A DNA stretch of 63,331 nucleotides, filler included, from Octopus bimaculoides (GCF_001194135.2; 7 parts of 7 records of this genome joined end to end with filler, not necessarily neighbours in it), one strand, 5' to 3'; counted from the first letter of the whole stretch, positions 12,130 through 26,560 are shown. Notes: a model not told the origin generated them from the letters alone. Numbers and translations are program-made.

Positions 12130-13174
12130 NNNNNNNNNNNNNNNNNNNNNNNNNNNNNNNNNNNNNNNNNNNNNNNNNNNNNNNNNNNNNNNNNNNNNNN
12201 NNNNNNNNNNNNNNNNNNNNNNNNNNNNNNNNNNNNNNNNNNNNNNNNNNNNNNNNNNNNNNNNNNNGAAACCAAATGTATGTATAATGAGAGCAGTGTC
12301 TGATAGGGTACTATGGAGGAGGTATCTGAGGACTCTATCCCCACGGTCTTCTCCGGAATAGTGGGTGGAAAAATAGCAGAATATCTTAGTGAGATTGAAG
12401 CTCGTTTTGTTTAGTGGTTTGTCTAGATGTTCATATACTAGCAATATTTTAATAAGACAGAAGCTCATTTTGTTTAGTGGTTTATTATTTAGATGTTCAT
12501 ACACTATCCCATTAAACATCTACTTAATATGATAGTGTATGTGTGGATTGCGTGTGGATTGGTGTCTCCTATATTAAATTTTTAAGGGGAAAGGAGAAGA
12601 CTTACATCATATAATTACTTTGGACCTTGGCATATCATCAGTGATATTTCAACTCATCGATAACACAATGCCTTACTCATATTTTTAATCCCAACAGAGA
12701 TTTGTTTTTGTTTGGAAAATTATTTACAATATAAATATTATACCTGGTTTAAATATTTTATTTCTCAAAAAAAAAAAATCACAACCAATTTAAAAAACAT
12801 GTACTCCCTTCGCATTTTCTAGCACCATGTGAGTTTACAACGACCCAAAATAGGTGCTGTCACCCAGTGGAAGAACCATTGAATTGGAACAAAATAACAG
12901 TCCTGTAATGTCACCTTCCTCTTCTCTCTACAGCATACGAATTTATTAAAAAACTCAGTAGCTTTATATTTTCTGTTGTTATCGTGGACCACCTTAATTT
13001 CTTCGAACTGTGGCTTTTACTTCAATTTCAATTATTGTTGACTGAGTTCCACTGTGATGGACTTTATATTTCGTTTCTCCTGGAGAAGGTAAGATATCTT
13101 CATGTTAACCCTAAGTCTAAAATGAAAGGTATTCCAAGCGTGGCTATTCCACCATTTTAGGTGCATGTAGGAAT

Positions 13175-13680
13175 ACATTAAAGGTGGTAAACTGGCAGAA
13201 TCGTTAGTACGTGAGACAAAATGCTAAGTGGCATTTCTTCCTATACTTCACATTCTGAGTTCAAATCCTGCCGAACTCAAATTTGCTTTTCACCCCTTCG
13301 GGGTCGATAAAATAAATTACTAGTCGGGCACTGGGGTCGATGTAATCGACTTGTCTCCCCACCTCAAATAGTGCCTGCAACAGACCAGCGTTCAGGGTAA
13401 TGTAGTGATCTCCCTCACTTATGCGTTATGGAAACCGGGTAATCGACTTTACGAGTTCTAAGGCTCAAGAAAAAAATAACGATGGTTTCAAATTTTGGGA
13501 TAGGGACAGCAATTTTAAGGGAGGGTTACGTCGGTTACATCGATCCTAGTATTCAACTGGTACTTACTTTATCGACTCGAAGAGGATGAAATGCAATGTC
13601 GACCTCAGTGGAATTTGAATGCAGAACGTGAAAACAGATGAAATGCTACTAAGCATTTTGCTTGGCGTGCGGTCTTGCCA
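13175..13680. mobile_element. SINE family C copies in opposite orientation (13175-13360 +, 13500-13680 -)
   Basis: aaggtggtaaactggcagaatcgttag...ttcaaatcc on the plus strand, with its reverse complement downstream. Confidence 0.8.
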
Positions 13681-14168
13681 AAAAGGAATATATAATTTAA
13701 TGTAATAATTAGATAATCAAAAACAGCGGTGTCTGATATGGGGAAACTTGGCTGCTATATCTGGCAAGTGTAGAGGTTCCCAAATTTGCTAGTATTATCT
13801 ATGAGGTGCTGTTATTGTCTAGCTCTGAGTCAATCCTAATCAAGCAGCATACTGGGAAGACTGGTATGAAGATACAGTAAGATTGTTGAGATGACGAAAG
13901 GTAAATGACTTTGATTCAGAATGTAGCTTGTTATAGAAAACCGGTATAGAAACCGTTGTAACAGCAGTAGAAAGAACAAAAGAAATGTTGTACATTAACC
14001 TTAAATCAGGCCTGACTTAAATCAGGCCTTGCATTCACGCGGTTTTGGGTTCGGTCCTTCTGCGCAGCATCTTTATCAGACATTTCCTACTATAATTCCG
14101 AGCCAATCAATACCTTATGAGTGAATTTGGTAAACGGAAAATGCATGGAAGTGCCTGTCGTGTGCATG

Positions 14169-14239
<71 letters not shown>

Positions 14240-14329
14240 ATGTATGTGTGTGTACATATATATATGTATATATACATAAATGTATATATATATATGTATA
14301 TATATGTATATATAAATATATATATATGG

Positions 14330-15375
14330 TGGCTGTCTACTCTTTATGCAGAGTTTGACAACCTCCTGTACCTACACCTTAGCACCATCATGGCATCTGA
14401 TGTGGCTTTTTAAACAAGACAATGTTCTGAAAAGAAACCCACATAAATTGCATATCCGATTTGGACCACCAAGAGCTGCAGATAAGTTCTGATCTTTGTG
14501 GATCTTAAAATGTCTTTTGAGGCCTCCGTTAGATTTGCAAACCTTCTGGCATACATTGCATTCAAAGGTGTGCACAGACATACAGGCAGAATATTTGGTG
14601 GAGGTTCGTTTTCCATGGGTTCGTAAATGAGATTTGAGCCCAGTAAAAGAAAGGCATGATCTGTCACAAACTGTGCACACTAAAAGGTCATCGTGATTCA
14701 CCCTCTCGATCGTAACACTCTTCCTCAAATCTCTTTTGAGTCTTGCATGTATTATCCTGGCCTCTTCAAACGCTTTTACTCCACTCCACATTTCTTTTCG
14801 CCATCTAGATCGATCCAAAGCAAGGGTTTCTATGTTCTCGGGATCCATTCCAAGTGACTTCATAATAGTCCTTATACCGTCCTTAAACCTTTTTTTAGGT
14901 TTACGCCGATAGTGTTTCCCCTCTGCAAGCTCACCATAAAACAGCTGTTTGGGCATACGTTCATCCGCCATTTGAACAATATGGTCACACTATCTCTTTT
15001 GGTTTCTCAAAATCATAGCTTTAATTGAGGTGTTGCCTGCAGATGCAAGGACATCTGTGTTTGGAGTAAAAGAACTCCATTTAATGTTTAAAACGCGATG
15101 AAGGCATTTTTGGTGGAATTGTTCTAACAATTTAAAATGTCTTTCATAACATGTCCATGTGTCACAAGAATACAACAGGGATGGTAAGACAAATGATTTT
15201 TAAAGAGCCAACCTTGTATTGTTATTTATATGTCACTGGTGCCAAGCGCGTGACTCCAAGCCATCAAATGCTTTTGCTGCCCTTTGAATTCGCAGATATA
15301 TTTCTCTATCAAGATTTCCATCATTTTGTACAGATCTTCCAAAGTAGATGAACGAATCAACAACCTCAAGTAACT
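14330..15375 (-). mobile_element. RTE-clade LINE, 5'-truncated 3' portion
   Basis: Motifs LYSCDTWT, FHQKCLHRVLNIKW, KR*CDHIVQM (about LRWxGHxxRM), ERMPKQLFYGEL..G......PKKRFKD and DRSRWR. Confidence 0.93.
14372..14971 (-). pseudogene. RTE ORF C-terminus with three C2H2 zinc fingers
   Basis: 199 open codons containing CTVC-x12-HLRTH, CNVC-x12-HFKIH and CNLC-x12-HIRCH. In frame with ORF 14990-15175 across one TAG. Confidence 0.88.
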
Positions 15376-15411
15376 ATATATACATACATACATACATACA
15401 TAGATACATAC

Positions 15412-15456
<45 letters not shown>

Positions 15457-15599
15457 TATATATATATATATGTATATATATGTATATATACATACATATG
15501 CATATATACATATGTATATATATATATGTATGTATAAATATGCATATATATATGTATATGTATACATTTATTCGTATATGTATGTGTACATATGTGCGT

Positions 15600-15785
15600 G
15601 TGTTTTTCACACCACCGCTTGATAACCGGCGTTGCTTTTTACATCCCTATAACAAAAGTGACCGATAAAATAAGCACCAGACTTGAAGCATAGACATTGG
15701 GACAAATTAGTTCAACGAAAAACCCTTCAAGGTAGTACCCCAGCATGACCGCAGTCCAATGACTGAAAGAAGCAAAATATATAAA
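15600..15785 (+). mobile_element. SINE family B 3' half
   Basis: ccgcttgataaccgg...gaccgataaaataagcacc...ccagcatgaccgcagtccaatgactgaaa. Confidence 0.75.
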
Positions 15786-16294
15786 ACGAGACACGTTGTT
15801 GAGTCAACCGTCTGTTTGATAAACGAGATAGAATCGATGTAGTGTTTGATAAACGAGATAGACTGACTTGCTGGTGATTGCAGAAGGAAGAAAGAAGACA
15901 GCGTGAAGGTGTAAGAGTGAATAATTGAGAGGCTGACACGAAAAGACCAAGATAAAGAAACGGAACTACAAGCAGAGCTTGATAACGAATTAGATAAACG
16001 AAGATATTGATATGCGGATGTATACATACGGACATACAAGTACACGCTTATACATGATGCATACATTCATATCTATATATATTCATGCATGCATACGTTT
16101 ATATATATATATATGGATGTAAACGTGTGGTACACAGCCAGCTACGAACATTGATAGTAGAACAGAGATAGGTACCTAGATAAATAGAGAGGTAGATAGA
16201 TTAAAAAAGAGAGAAAGAGAGATGGAGGCTGAGTGAGAGAAAGAGAGATGGAGGCTGAGTGAGAGAAAGAGAGAGAAAGTGTGTGTGCATGAAA

Positions 16295-16365
<71 letters not shown>

Positions 16366-16594
16366 GGAGAATGTGAGGAAAACAATATGAGATGTGATAA
16401 TCAAGGAGACAAGCTTCTTTGCTTGAAGGAATACGATGTGTGTTGGTGTATATACATTAGCATGTGTGGGTATATGTGTTGCTCTGTGTATGTGTGACCG
16501 TGTGTGCGTATATATATGTGTGTGTGTGTGGTGTGCGTGTGTGTGTATATTTATGTATGATGTATATCATTATACAATACTCATTTCTGTTTAG

Positions 16595-18050
16595 TCACAT
16601 GAATACCTCTAAATGAGGAAATATTACGTCATGTGATATATTTATGGAAGTGACAGTGATGGTGGTGTCAATGTTGACGATGATGGTGGCGGTTCCGATG
16701 GTATTTGTGAAGACGGTGGTGATGGTGATGATGGTGGTAGTGCTGATAAGAGTGGTGGTCGTTGTGGCATCTGTGGTGTGGATCATGTCTGTTAGAATGA
16801 TGATAGTGGCTGTGGTGGAATTTTTGGTGGCGGTGGTGGTTGCAATGATGATACTGATGGTGGTTATGGTAGTATTTGTGGTGGGTAGTTGTGGTGGTAC
16901 TTGTGGTGACGATGGTGGCGATGAAATGATGATGGTAGTGATGGTGGTACTTTTGGTGATGCTGGTAGTGGACCGTTGTAGAGGTTATGGCAACGGTGGT
17001 TGTGATGTTGTTTGGTGACGGTGGCGGTATTACAGTGATGATAGTAGTAGTGGTGGTTGTGATGGTATTTTTGGTGACGGTGGTGGTGGTTGTACAGTGA
17101 TGATGGCTGTGGTGGTTCTGGTGGTATTCGTGGCGATGTTGGTGGTGGTTGTACAGTGATGATGGCTGTGATGGTTCTGGTGGTATTCGTGGCGATGTTG
17201 GTGGTGGTTGTACAGTNNNNNNNNNNNNNNNNNNNNNNNNNNNNNNNNNNNNNNNNNNNNNNNNNNNNNNNNNNNNNNNNNNNNNNNNNNNNNNNNNNNN
17301 NNNNNNNNNNNNNNNNNNNNNNNNNNNNNNNNNNNNNNNNNNNNNNNNNNNNNNNNNNNNNNNNNNNNNNNNNNNNNNNNNNNNNNNNNNNNNNNNNNNN
17401 NNNNNNNNNNNNNNNNNNNNNNNNNNNNNNNNNNNNNNNNNNNNNNNNNNNNNNNNNNNNNNNNNNNNNNNNNNNNNNNNNNNNNNNNNNNNNNNNNNNN
17501 NNNNNNNNNNNNNNNNNNNNNNNNNNNNNNNNNNNNNNNNNNNNNNNNNNNNNNNNNNNNNNNNNNNNNNNNNNNNNNNNNNNNNNNNNNNNNNNNNNNN
17601 NNNNNNNNNNNNNNNNNNNNNNNNNNNNNNNNNNNNNNNNNNNNNNNNNNNNNNNNNNNNNNNNNNNNNNNNNNNNNNNNNNNNNNNNNNNNNNNNNNNN
17701 NNNNNNNNNNNNNNNNNNNNNNNNNNNNNNNNNNNNNNNNNNNNNNNNNNNNNNNNNNNNNNNNNNNNNNNNNNNNNNNNNNNNNGTTGTGGTAGTGATT
17801 GTGGTAGTGGTGATGGTGGCGGTGGTGGCGGCGGTGGTGGAGATGGTGGTGGTGATGGTGACGATGACGGCAGTGATTGTGGTAGTGGTGATGGTGGCAG
17901 TGGTGATGGCGGTGGTGGAGATGGTGGTGGTGGTGGTGATGGTGGTGGTGGTGATGGTGGCGGTAGTAATAGCAATGACAACAGAGATGATGGTGATGGT
18001 GATGGTGATGGTAGTGGTGATGGTTGTGGTGAAGGGCATTAGTGATGGTA
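16595..18050. repeat. (GGT/GAT)n low-complexity tract containing a 59-bp minisatellite running into a gap
   Basis: Unit ggtggtggttgtacagtgatgatggctgtggtggttctggtggtattcgtggcgatgtt repeated at about 17080-17216. Confidence 0.9.
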
Positions 18051-18612
18051 CCGGGAGTGAGGATGATTGTAGAAATGGTGAATACAATTCTTTTCTAACC
18101 AAATGTAGAAACTAATACTAGTGGTGTTGCTGGAATATAATAAAGGAATGGAGGAGTGGATATACTTGCTTAAGATGTAAAAAACAAAACCCCAGAAAAG
18201 TGACTGATTGTGATGTAGACGGAGAAGGAAAAATAACTGAGTAATCCGATTTACACTGGAGCTCTTTCGAATAGCACGATTCTGTTACACACCCGATTTC
18301 TCTCTTCTTATGTATGCATACATATAAGACATCATTACATACATGTATACATACGTGCGTATGCAAATCCGTCCACCCATCCATCCATCCATCCATCCAT
18401 CCATCCATCCATCCATACATACATACATACATACATATATGCATATGTACATACAAAAATATATATGTATATACATATGTACATACATTTACACACACAC
18501 ACACATATGTATTCACATATACATACATATATGCATATGTACATACAAAAATATATATGTATATACATATGTACATACATTTACACACACACACACACAT
18601 ATGTATTCACAT

Positions 18613-18675
<63 letters not shown>

Positions 18676-18858
18676 CAGCTATATGTAAATAAATATATAA
18701 ATGCATGTATATGCATATATATTTATATATATATACATATATACCTACACACACATACATACATACATATATACATATATACATACATAAACATATATAT
18801 ATATATATATATGTACATACAGTTAGATGCATACATTTACACACACACACACATATAT

Positions 18859-18919
<61 letters not shown>

Positions 18920-18961
18920 CACACACAAATATATGTAAATAAATATATAAATGCATGTATA

Positions 18962-19007
<46 letters not shown>

Positions 19008-19774
19008 CACACACAAATATATGTAAATAAATATATAAATGCATGTATATGCATATATATATATAAATATATATATACATATATACCTACACACACACAC
19101 ACACGCACACACACACACGCACACACACACACGCACACACACACACACCACACATACACACAGACACACACACACATAAACACACACACATAAACACACA
19201 CACACATAAACACACACATACATAAACACACACATACATATATATCTGATTCTCTTTCTCTCTGACTCTCTACATACACACAGAGAAACACACATATGCA
19301 TGTTTATGTATGTATGTTTATGCATGCATATATGTATTTATATAACAAATAATAAATGAGTATATGCATATATATGTATGTATGCATGTATGTATGTAAG
19401 TATGTATGTATGTACGTACGTGTAGCTCTTTTCTAATATAGCACACATACACAATATAATATACTCAGCCACACAAATACATTTTCTGTCTTACCAGCCG
19501 CATACGCACAATTTTACGTAACATCATTATCTGTCTATATATTTGATAAGTATCTTATATTTTATGTGAGATACCGTCAAATCTATATTAGAGTGTAGAA
19601 AGTGAAAAGAAAGAGGATGAAGATATGGAGAAGAATGAGGGAGAGGAAGAGGAGGTGGAACGAAGAAAGAGAAAACAGAAATAGGTATCTGCAATGGAGG
19701 AGACGTTTGGGTATTACACTGTTAGTGACATACATACATACATACATACATACATACATACATGCATACATACA

Positions 19775-19809
<35 letters not shown>

Positions 19810-19839
19810 GTGTGTGTGTGTGTGTGTGTGAGTGTGTGT

Positions 19840-20206
19840 GGAGGCGCAAAGGCCCACTGATTAGGGCAGCGGACTCGCGGTCATAGGATCGCGGTTTCGA
19901 TTCCCAGACCGGGCGTTGTGAGTGTTTATTGAGCTAAAACACCTAAAGCTCTACGAGGCTCCAGCAGGCGATGGTAGTGAACTCTATTGTACTCTTTCAC
20001 CACAGCTTTCTATCACTCTTTCTTCCTGTTTCTGTTGTACCTGTGTTTCAAAGGGCTAGCCTTGTCACACGCTGAATCTCCCCGAGAACTACGATAAGGG
20101 TACACGTGTCTGTGAAGTGCTCAGTCGCACGTTAATTTCACGAGCACGCTGTTCCGTTGATTGGATCAACTGGAACCCTCGTCATCGAAACCGACGGAGT
20201 GCCACC
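19840..20206 (+). mobile_element. SINE family A, full length
   Basis: Colinear with 9205-9592. Confidence 0.92.
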
Positions 20207-20275
20207 ATATATATATATATATATATATATANNNNNNNNNNNNNNNNNNNNNNNNNNNNNNNNNNNNNNNNNNNN

Positions 20276-20287
20276 TTAATTAATTAA
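20276..20287. other. Assembler linker TTAATTAATTAA between N runs (also 32141, 43855, 48838, 55774, 59589); not biological
   Basis: The identical 12-mer, giving stops in all six frames, sits isolated between N blocks six times. Confidence 0.9.
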
Positions 20288-20331
20288 NNNNNNNNNNNNN
20301 NNNNNNNNNNNNNNNNNNNNNNNNNNNNNNN

Positions 20332-21200
20332 CACTACCATCACCTCCATCACCACCGCAACCACCACTAAGGCTGCTACCACACAAACACTATGACATAA
20401 ACTGCTACAGGCATCACCACCACCACCACTGCTGCCACCACCACCACCACCAACATCAACAACAACACTACTGCTACTACTACCATCACCAACACTGTTA
20501 TTACCACTACTACTACTGCCAGCACCATCAGGACCACTACTACAACCACCACCACCACAGCCACTACTACTATCGCCACCTCTGCCATCACCACCAACAC
20601 CAACACTATCAATACTTACCACCATCTCCACCAGGACCACCACCACCACCACCACCACCACAACTATTACTACCACTGTTGCTGTTACTACTGCTACTAC
20701 CGCCACCTCTACCACCATCACCAGCACCACTGCCATCACCACCAACACCAACACTGCTACTACCAATACTTACCGCCATCCGCACCAGGACCACCACCAC
20801 CACAACCACAGCTACAACTACCACTGTTACTGCTACTACTGCTACTACTACTACTACTACCGCCACCTCTACCACCATCACCAGCACCACTGCCATCACC
20901 ACCAACACTGCTACTACCAATACTTACCACCATCCCCACCAGGACCACCACCACCACAACCACAGCTACAACTACCACTGTTGCTGCTACTACTACTACT
21001 ACCACCACCTCTACCACCATCACCGGCACCACTGCCATCACCACCAACACCAACACTGCTACAACCAATACTTACCACCACCACCACCACCACCACCACC
21101 ACAACTACAACTACCACTGTTGCTGCTACTACTGTCACCATCACCACTACTAATGACATCACCATTACTGCTGCCAGAACAATAAGCACCGCCGACAAGT
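20332..21200. repeat. (ACC/ACT)n-based higher-order minisatellite, unit about 150-180 bp, about 4 copies
   Basis: Recurring landmarks caatacttacc.ccatc..caccaggaccaccaccacc at about 20610, 20765, 20917 and 21067. Confidence 0.85.
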
Positions 21201-22438
21201 AAACCCCTAAACGAATCTTCTAAGAATCAGAAAAATATTAGAGGGAGAGAGAAAGAGTAAGAGAAAAAGAGAGAGAGCGAGAGAGAAAGAGAGAGAGAGG
21301 GAGGGACGGAGACAATCGAACAAACAGACAGACAAACTGACAGATAGATATAGTGACAGTTTAGAGATATAAAGAGAGACAGACAGACAGAACCGAAACA
21401 AGCGACATTGCTCGTAATAAAATTGCTAATCACCACCACCATCACCACCACCAAGAACTTATTCCAGCTGTTCTATAGGAGGAGGAGGAGGAGGAAATGG
21501 TGAGGGAGGCGGGCGGCGGTTGTGATGGTGAAGGTGGGGGGGGGGGAGATCTGTTGCGATGATAAGTAACCAGACGTAATGCTGGCGCCTTTATTTCGGT
21601 AGGCAGCCATTTCAACATATACCCTTATGGTCTTGTTTCATGCAATCCTCTCCATCTGTTTGGTTGACTTGCCTTCATTTACTGGCACTGATGCATCGTG
21701 TGTGTGTGTGTGTGTGTGTATGTGAATATATGCATGTACTTCTGTATATGAATATGGATTTGCATACATGCATATATGTGTGTGTGTATATATGTACACG
21801 AGTCTTAAGGTATGTGTGTGTGACTGCGTGTAAGTTCAAATGTGTACGCGTGTTTCAAAGGCAGATCACAATGTCTGTCAATCTGCCCGGTCGCTTATAT
21901 ACGTAATGAATAAATATGTATGTACGCGTGTAAATACATGAATGTGTTCGTGTGTGTGTGTGTGTATCTATGAATGCATGTGTCTGTTTACTTCCATGTT
22001 TTATGAATGTGTACGTGTATAAGTATCTATGTAATTAAAACCATGCAAAGATAGCATGCAGGTATCCAAGTGGATACAAGCGATCCTTGCTGGATTGAAA
22101 GTGGCAGTAGGGATGAGACACGTGTAGAGAGAGAGAGAGTTATGTTTATATATGTATATACATGCGTATGTGTGTGTAAGTAGATAGATAGATACATGCG
22201 TACAAACATAGATACATACATACTTACTTACTTACATACACGCAATGCACTTGCAGCAATGCACGCACAAACCCACGTGCACATACGCATAGAGATACAC
22301 ATACATTCATAGACACACACACATACACACGTCCCATTACATTTATACACTAAAGATGTACACATTTGAATTAACAGAATTGTATCTCATTCTCCCTCCC
22401 TCTCTCTCTATATATATGTGTGTGTGTATTCACACGCA

Positions 22439-22473
<35 letters not shown>

Positions 22474-22591
22474 ACGTTACATGTGATATGTAATTATATT
22501 TACTTTTTGATTAATTTAAACTAAATTTCACCGTGGGTAGTTCGAACTCAGCAACTTGTATACCAAAGTAAGTTTTGTAAAATATACTGTA

Positions 22592-22652
<61 letters not shown>

Positions 22653-23421
22653 GCTTATTCCGTGCTCTCTCTCTCTACCTTTAGTTATTTCATACACTAT
22701 CTTAAGACTGTAAAAAATTTTGATATGATAGACAGTGAGGTGACAATACTATGTTAAATAGTTTTAATCAGCATTTTCAAACATACCTTTCATACACATG
22801 CCACACACGCACACACACACACATATATTTAAGATAAATGTTTATCTTTTGATGATGTGCTATGTCACTCATTTCACGTCTACTGTGAAATGCATCAATC
22901 TACCTCGTGTATATTTAAGTAAAAATGCACATATTTGCTTCTAATAAGCACCTACCCTAGAAACAGCTGTTAAGAACATTCTACACTTTGATATCTTTCA
23001 CTAGTAATATTTTCACCAGTGATCTAATGGAATTTACTCACCTATCCAGGTTGATTATACATGAGGGACATCTTGAATTTTCTATTTCATCAATAACATA
23101 ATTGTATGATTTTTTATTTTATTTTGGGGATTTGTAACAAATGTTTACAATTATCATGTGATGCCAAGGCAAGGATACTGTAAAACATGCACACATAGAC
23201 ACATATATGCACGCATATATACACATATATACATATATGTACATCTCGTCGAAACGCCGGTGTTAAAACGTGGGTAGCTGATGAAGTAGAATGTTCTCTA
23301 TGTGGCTCGTGTGTTCTCGTCTACGTTTGTTTGCAATGTCCTGTACCCAGATATGCACCTATACATACAGGTGGATGTCGGTATGCACATACCTGTACGT
23401 ATATATGCATATACTCATTTA

Positions 23422-23454
<33 letters not shown>

Positions 23455-23749
23455 NNNNNNNNNNNNNNNNNNNNNNNNNNNNNNNNNNNNNNNNNNNNNN
23501 NNNNNNNNNNNNNNNNNNNNNNNNNNNNNNNNNNNNNNNNNNNNNNNNNNNNNNNNNNNNNNNNNNNNNNNNNNNNNNNNNNNNNNNNNNNNNNNNNNNN
23601 NNNNNNNNNNNNNNNNNNNNNNNNNNNNNNNNNNNNNNNNNNNNNNNNNNNNNNNNNNNNNNNNNNNNNNNNNNNNNNNNNNNNNNNNNNNNNNNNNNNN
23701 NNNNNNNNNNNNNNNNNNNNNNNNNNNNNNNNNNNNNNNNNNNNNNNNN

Positions 23750-23791
<42 letters not shown>

Positions 23792-23819
23792 GTATGTATG
23801 TATGTATATATTTACATGT

Positions 23820-24415
23820 GTGTGTCTTTGTGTCTATATTTGTCCCTCCGCCATTGTTTGACAACCAATATTGGTGTGTTTATTTATGTGCCCCCGTAAC
23901 TTAGCAGTTCAGCAAAAGTGACCAGTTAGAATAAGTACTAGAGTTACAAAGAATAATTCCTGCATAGCCACAGTCGAATGAATGAAACAAGTAAAATATA
24001 AAAGAGATATATATACATATATATAGGTGCAGGAGTGGCTGTGTGGTAAGTAGCTTGCTTATCAACCACATGGTTCCGGGTTCAGTCCCACTGTGTGCCA
24101 CTTTGGGCAAGTGTCTTCTACTATAGCCTCGGGCTGACCAAAGCTTTATGAGTGGATTTGGTAGACAGAAACTGAAAGCCCATCATATATATGTATATAT
24201 ATGTATGTTTGTGTGTCTGTGTTTGTCCCCACCAACATCGCTTGACAACCGATGTTGGTGTGTTTACGTCCCCATAACTTAGCAGTTCGGCAAAAGAGAC
24301 CGATGGAATAAGTTTTACGCTTACAAAGAATAAGTCTTGGGGTCGATTTGCTCAACTAAAGGCAATGCTCTAGCATGGCCACAGTCAAATGACTGAAACA
24401 AGTAAAAGAGTAATA
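23820..24415 (+). mobile_element. SINE family B: 3' fragment followed by a full-length copy (24022-24415)
   Basis: ataggtgcaggagtggctgtgtggtaag...gggttcagtccc (A/B boxes) through gactgaaacaagtaaaagag. Confidence 0.9.
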
Positions 24416-24456
24416 GAGAATATACATACATATACACACATATATACACATATATC

Positions 24457-24510
<54 letters not shown>

Positions 24511-25564
24511 TATATACACACACACAATTACATAAACTCAGCCATACGCACACAAACATATATATATATACACATATATATACATATATATAGATATATA
24601 TACATTAGTGTCATATAAATTATCTGAACATTGGGAACAATAAGAAATCCTCATAATATATAATTACTGTTATTTCATTTCAATTCTTACTGGAAGTGTA
24701 GTATTATTGTTGGTTCTGGGCAACACATAATATTACTCAGAGTTGTTAAGTAATAACTGAAATGAGATTTGCTGGAGAAAAATTGATACCACACCTCTCT
24801 CACGGTTGACTGACTTAGCATTATGGTGGGCATCCAACTGTGAAAAAAACTTTCTTGCTGCAACAGATCACATCAAGATATCTGAATTTGTAGTAACAGC
24901 TAATTCCTGTTGGCATGGAGAAACAGATGTGTAAAGCTGCTACACAATTACGCACACACACAAACACAACACACACACACGCACGCACACACACACACAT
25001 ACACACACATGCATGTATGTGAGCACATACACATACTTATATACTCATAAACGCGTACATACCCATATGCTCTCACACACACATACATGCTTATATACAC
25101 ACATGCACATACACACACATTTATATAAGCACATATATGCACACCCATACATCCATACACACATGCAAACCCTCATATGTTTATATATACACATACATAC
25201 ACACACAAATACACACTCTCTTATATAGAGAGACACATGCACACACACACTTATATGCATACATACACACACATAGATGTATATTTGTTACATATGTGCA
25301 CACATGCACCCACACATACAAACTTATGCAGATACACATATATCATACAAGTGTATGCGTGCGCAAACTTATACACACACATATGATAGAATTACATAAA
25401 TATTTATATGAGCATGAATATATACACATTGACACCTATTTACATACATATGTATGTTTGCTTGTGTGTGTGTGTGTGTATGTAGAGAGACAGACAGACA
25501 GGCAGAGACAAAAAGAGTAAGTAAGAGAGATTCTTACACACACACATATATATACATATGTATA

Positions 25565-25968
25565 TATACTCTTTTACTCGTTTCAATCATTTGTGGCTAT
25601 GCTGGAGCACCGCCTTTAGTAGAGCAAATCGACCCCAGAACTTATTCTTTGGAAGCCTACTATTATTCTATCGGTCTCTTTTGCCGAACCGCTAAGTTAT
25701 GGGGATGTAAACACACCAGCATCAGTTGTCAAGCGATGTTGGGGGGGACAAACACAGACATACATACACACCTACATACATATACATATATATATATACA
25801 TATGTACGACAGGCTTCTTTCAGTTTCTGTCTACCAAATCCACTCACAAGGCTTTGGTCAGCCCAAGGCTACAGTAGAAGACACTTGCCCAAGGTGCCAC
25901 GCAGTGGGACTGAACCCAGAACCATGTGGTTGGTAAGCAAGCTACTTACCACACAGCCACTCCTGCGC
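25565..25968 (-). mobile_element. SINE family B, full length
   Basis: Reverse complement of 24022-24415. Confidence 0.92.
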
Positions 25969-26104
25969 CTATATATGAAGACAATGATGATACTCGTATA
26001 AATCTTTGTCCTGAAGAGCAGCCAGTGGTATACACCTTATTTGGATTTTAGCACTTCTGAGGTTCCACTCACTATGAAACATATGTACCCCGGATTTCCC
26101 ATAC

Positions 26105-26560
26105 TCCTTGTGAGTGGATTTGGTAGACGGAAATTGAAAGAAGCCCATAGATATGTGTGCGTATGTGTGGGTGAATGTGTTTGCGTGTCTGTGTTTGTCT
26201 CCCCACCCATTGCTTGACAATCGATGTTGGTGTGTAGAGTAAGTGCTAGGCTTACAAAGAATAAGTCCTGGGGTTGATTTGTTCAACTAAAGGCAGTACT
26301 CCAGCATGGCCACAGTCAAATGACTAAAACATCATTATCATCATCATTTAATGTCTGTTTTCCATGCTGGCATGGGTTGTACAGTTTAACAAGAGCTAGA
26401 AATCTAGAGTGCTACACTAGGCTCCAGTCTGTTTTGACAATGGCCTCTAGAGCAGGATGCCCTTCCTAATGCCAACCACTTAATATGGTACTGGCACAGG
26501 TGCTTGTTACATGGCACCAACAAGGCCACTCTTTGTGTGATGCTGGCACATAAAATATTC
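26105..26560. mobile_element. SINE family B 3' part (+, 26105-26330) abutting SINE family D (-, 26330-26560)
   Basis: B body and tail, then (CAT)n and ttccatgctggcatgggtt...ccttcctaatgccaaccac. Confidence 0.75.

Noticed and set aside
15790-16010. Purine-rich stretch resembling a coiled-coil exon (IERLTRKDQDKETELQAELDNELDKRRY); similar at 19590-19700
   Set aside because: Stops in all frames within short distances and no consistent splice-site pair.
18118-19325. Many Cys/Val/Tyr/Ile/His-rich ORFs, here and elsewhere
   Set aside because: Translations of (CA)n, (TA)n and (CATA)n mosaics, with no coding signal.
21540-21660. Unique GC-richer segment that might be a conserved non-coding element or miRNA
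   Set aside because: No hairpin or mature miRNA that I recognise. It cannot be supported without alignments.
23240-23290. GAAAC-palindrome followed by CTGATGA, a possible type II hammerhead
   Set aside because: Stems I and II cannot be formed convincingly. At most it is a decayed Penelope-like remnant.
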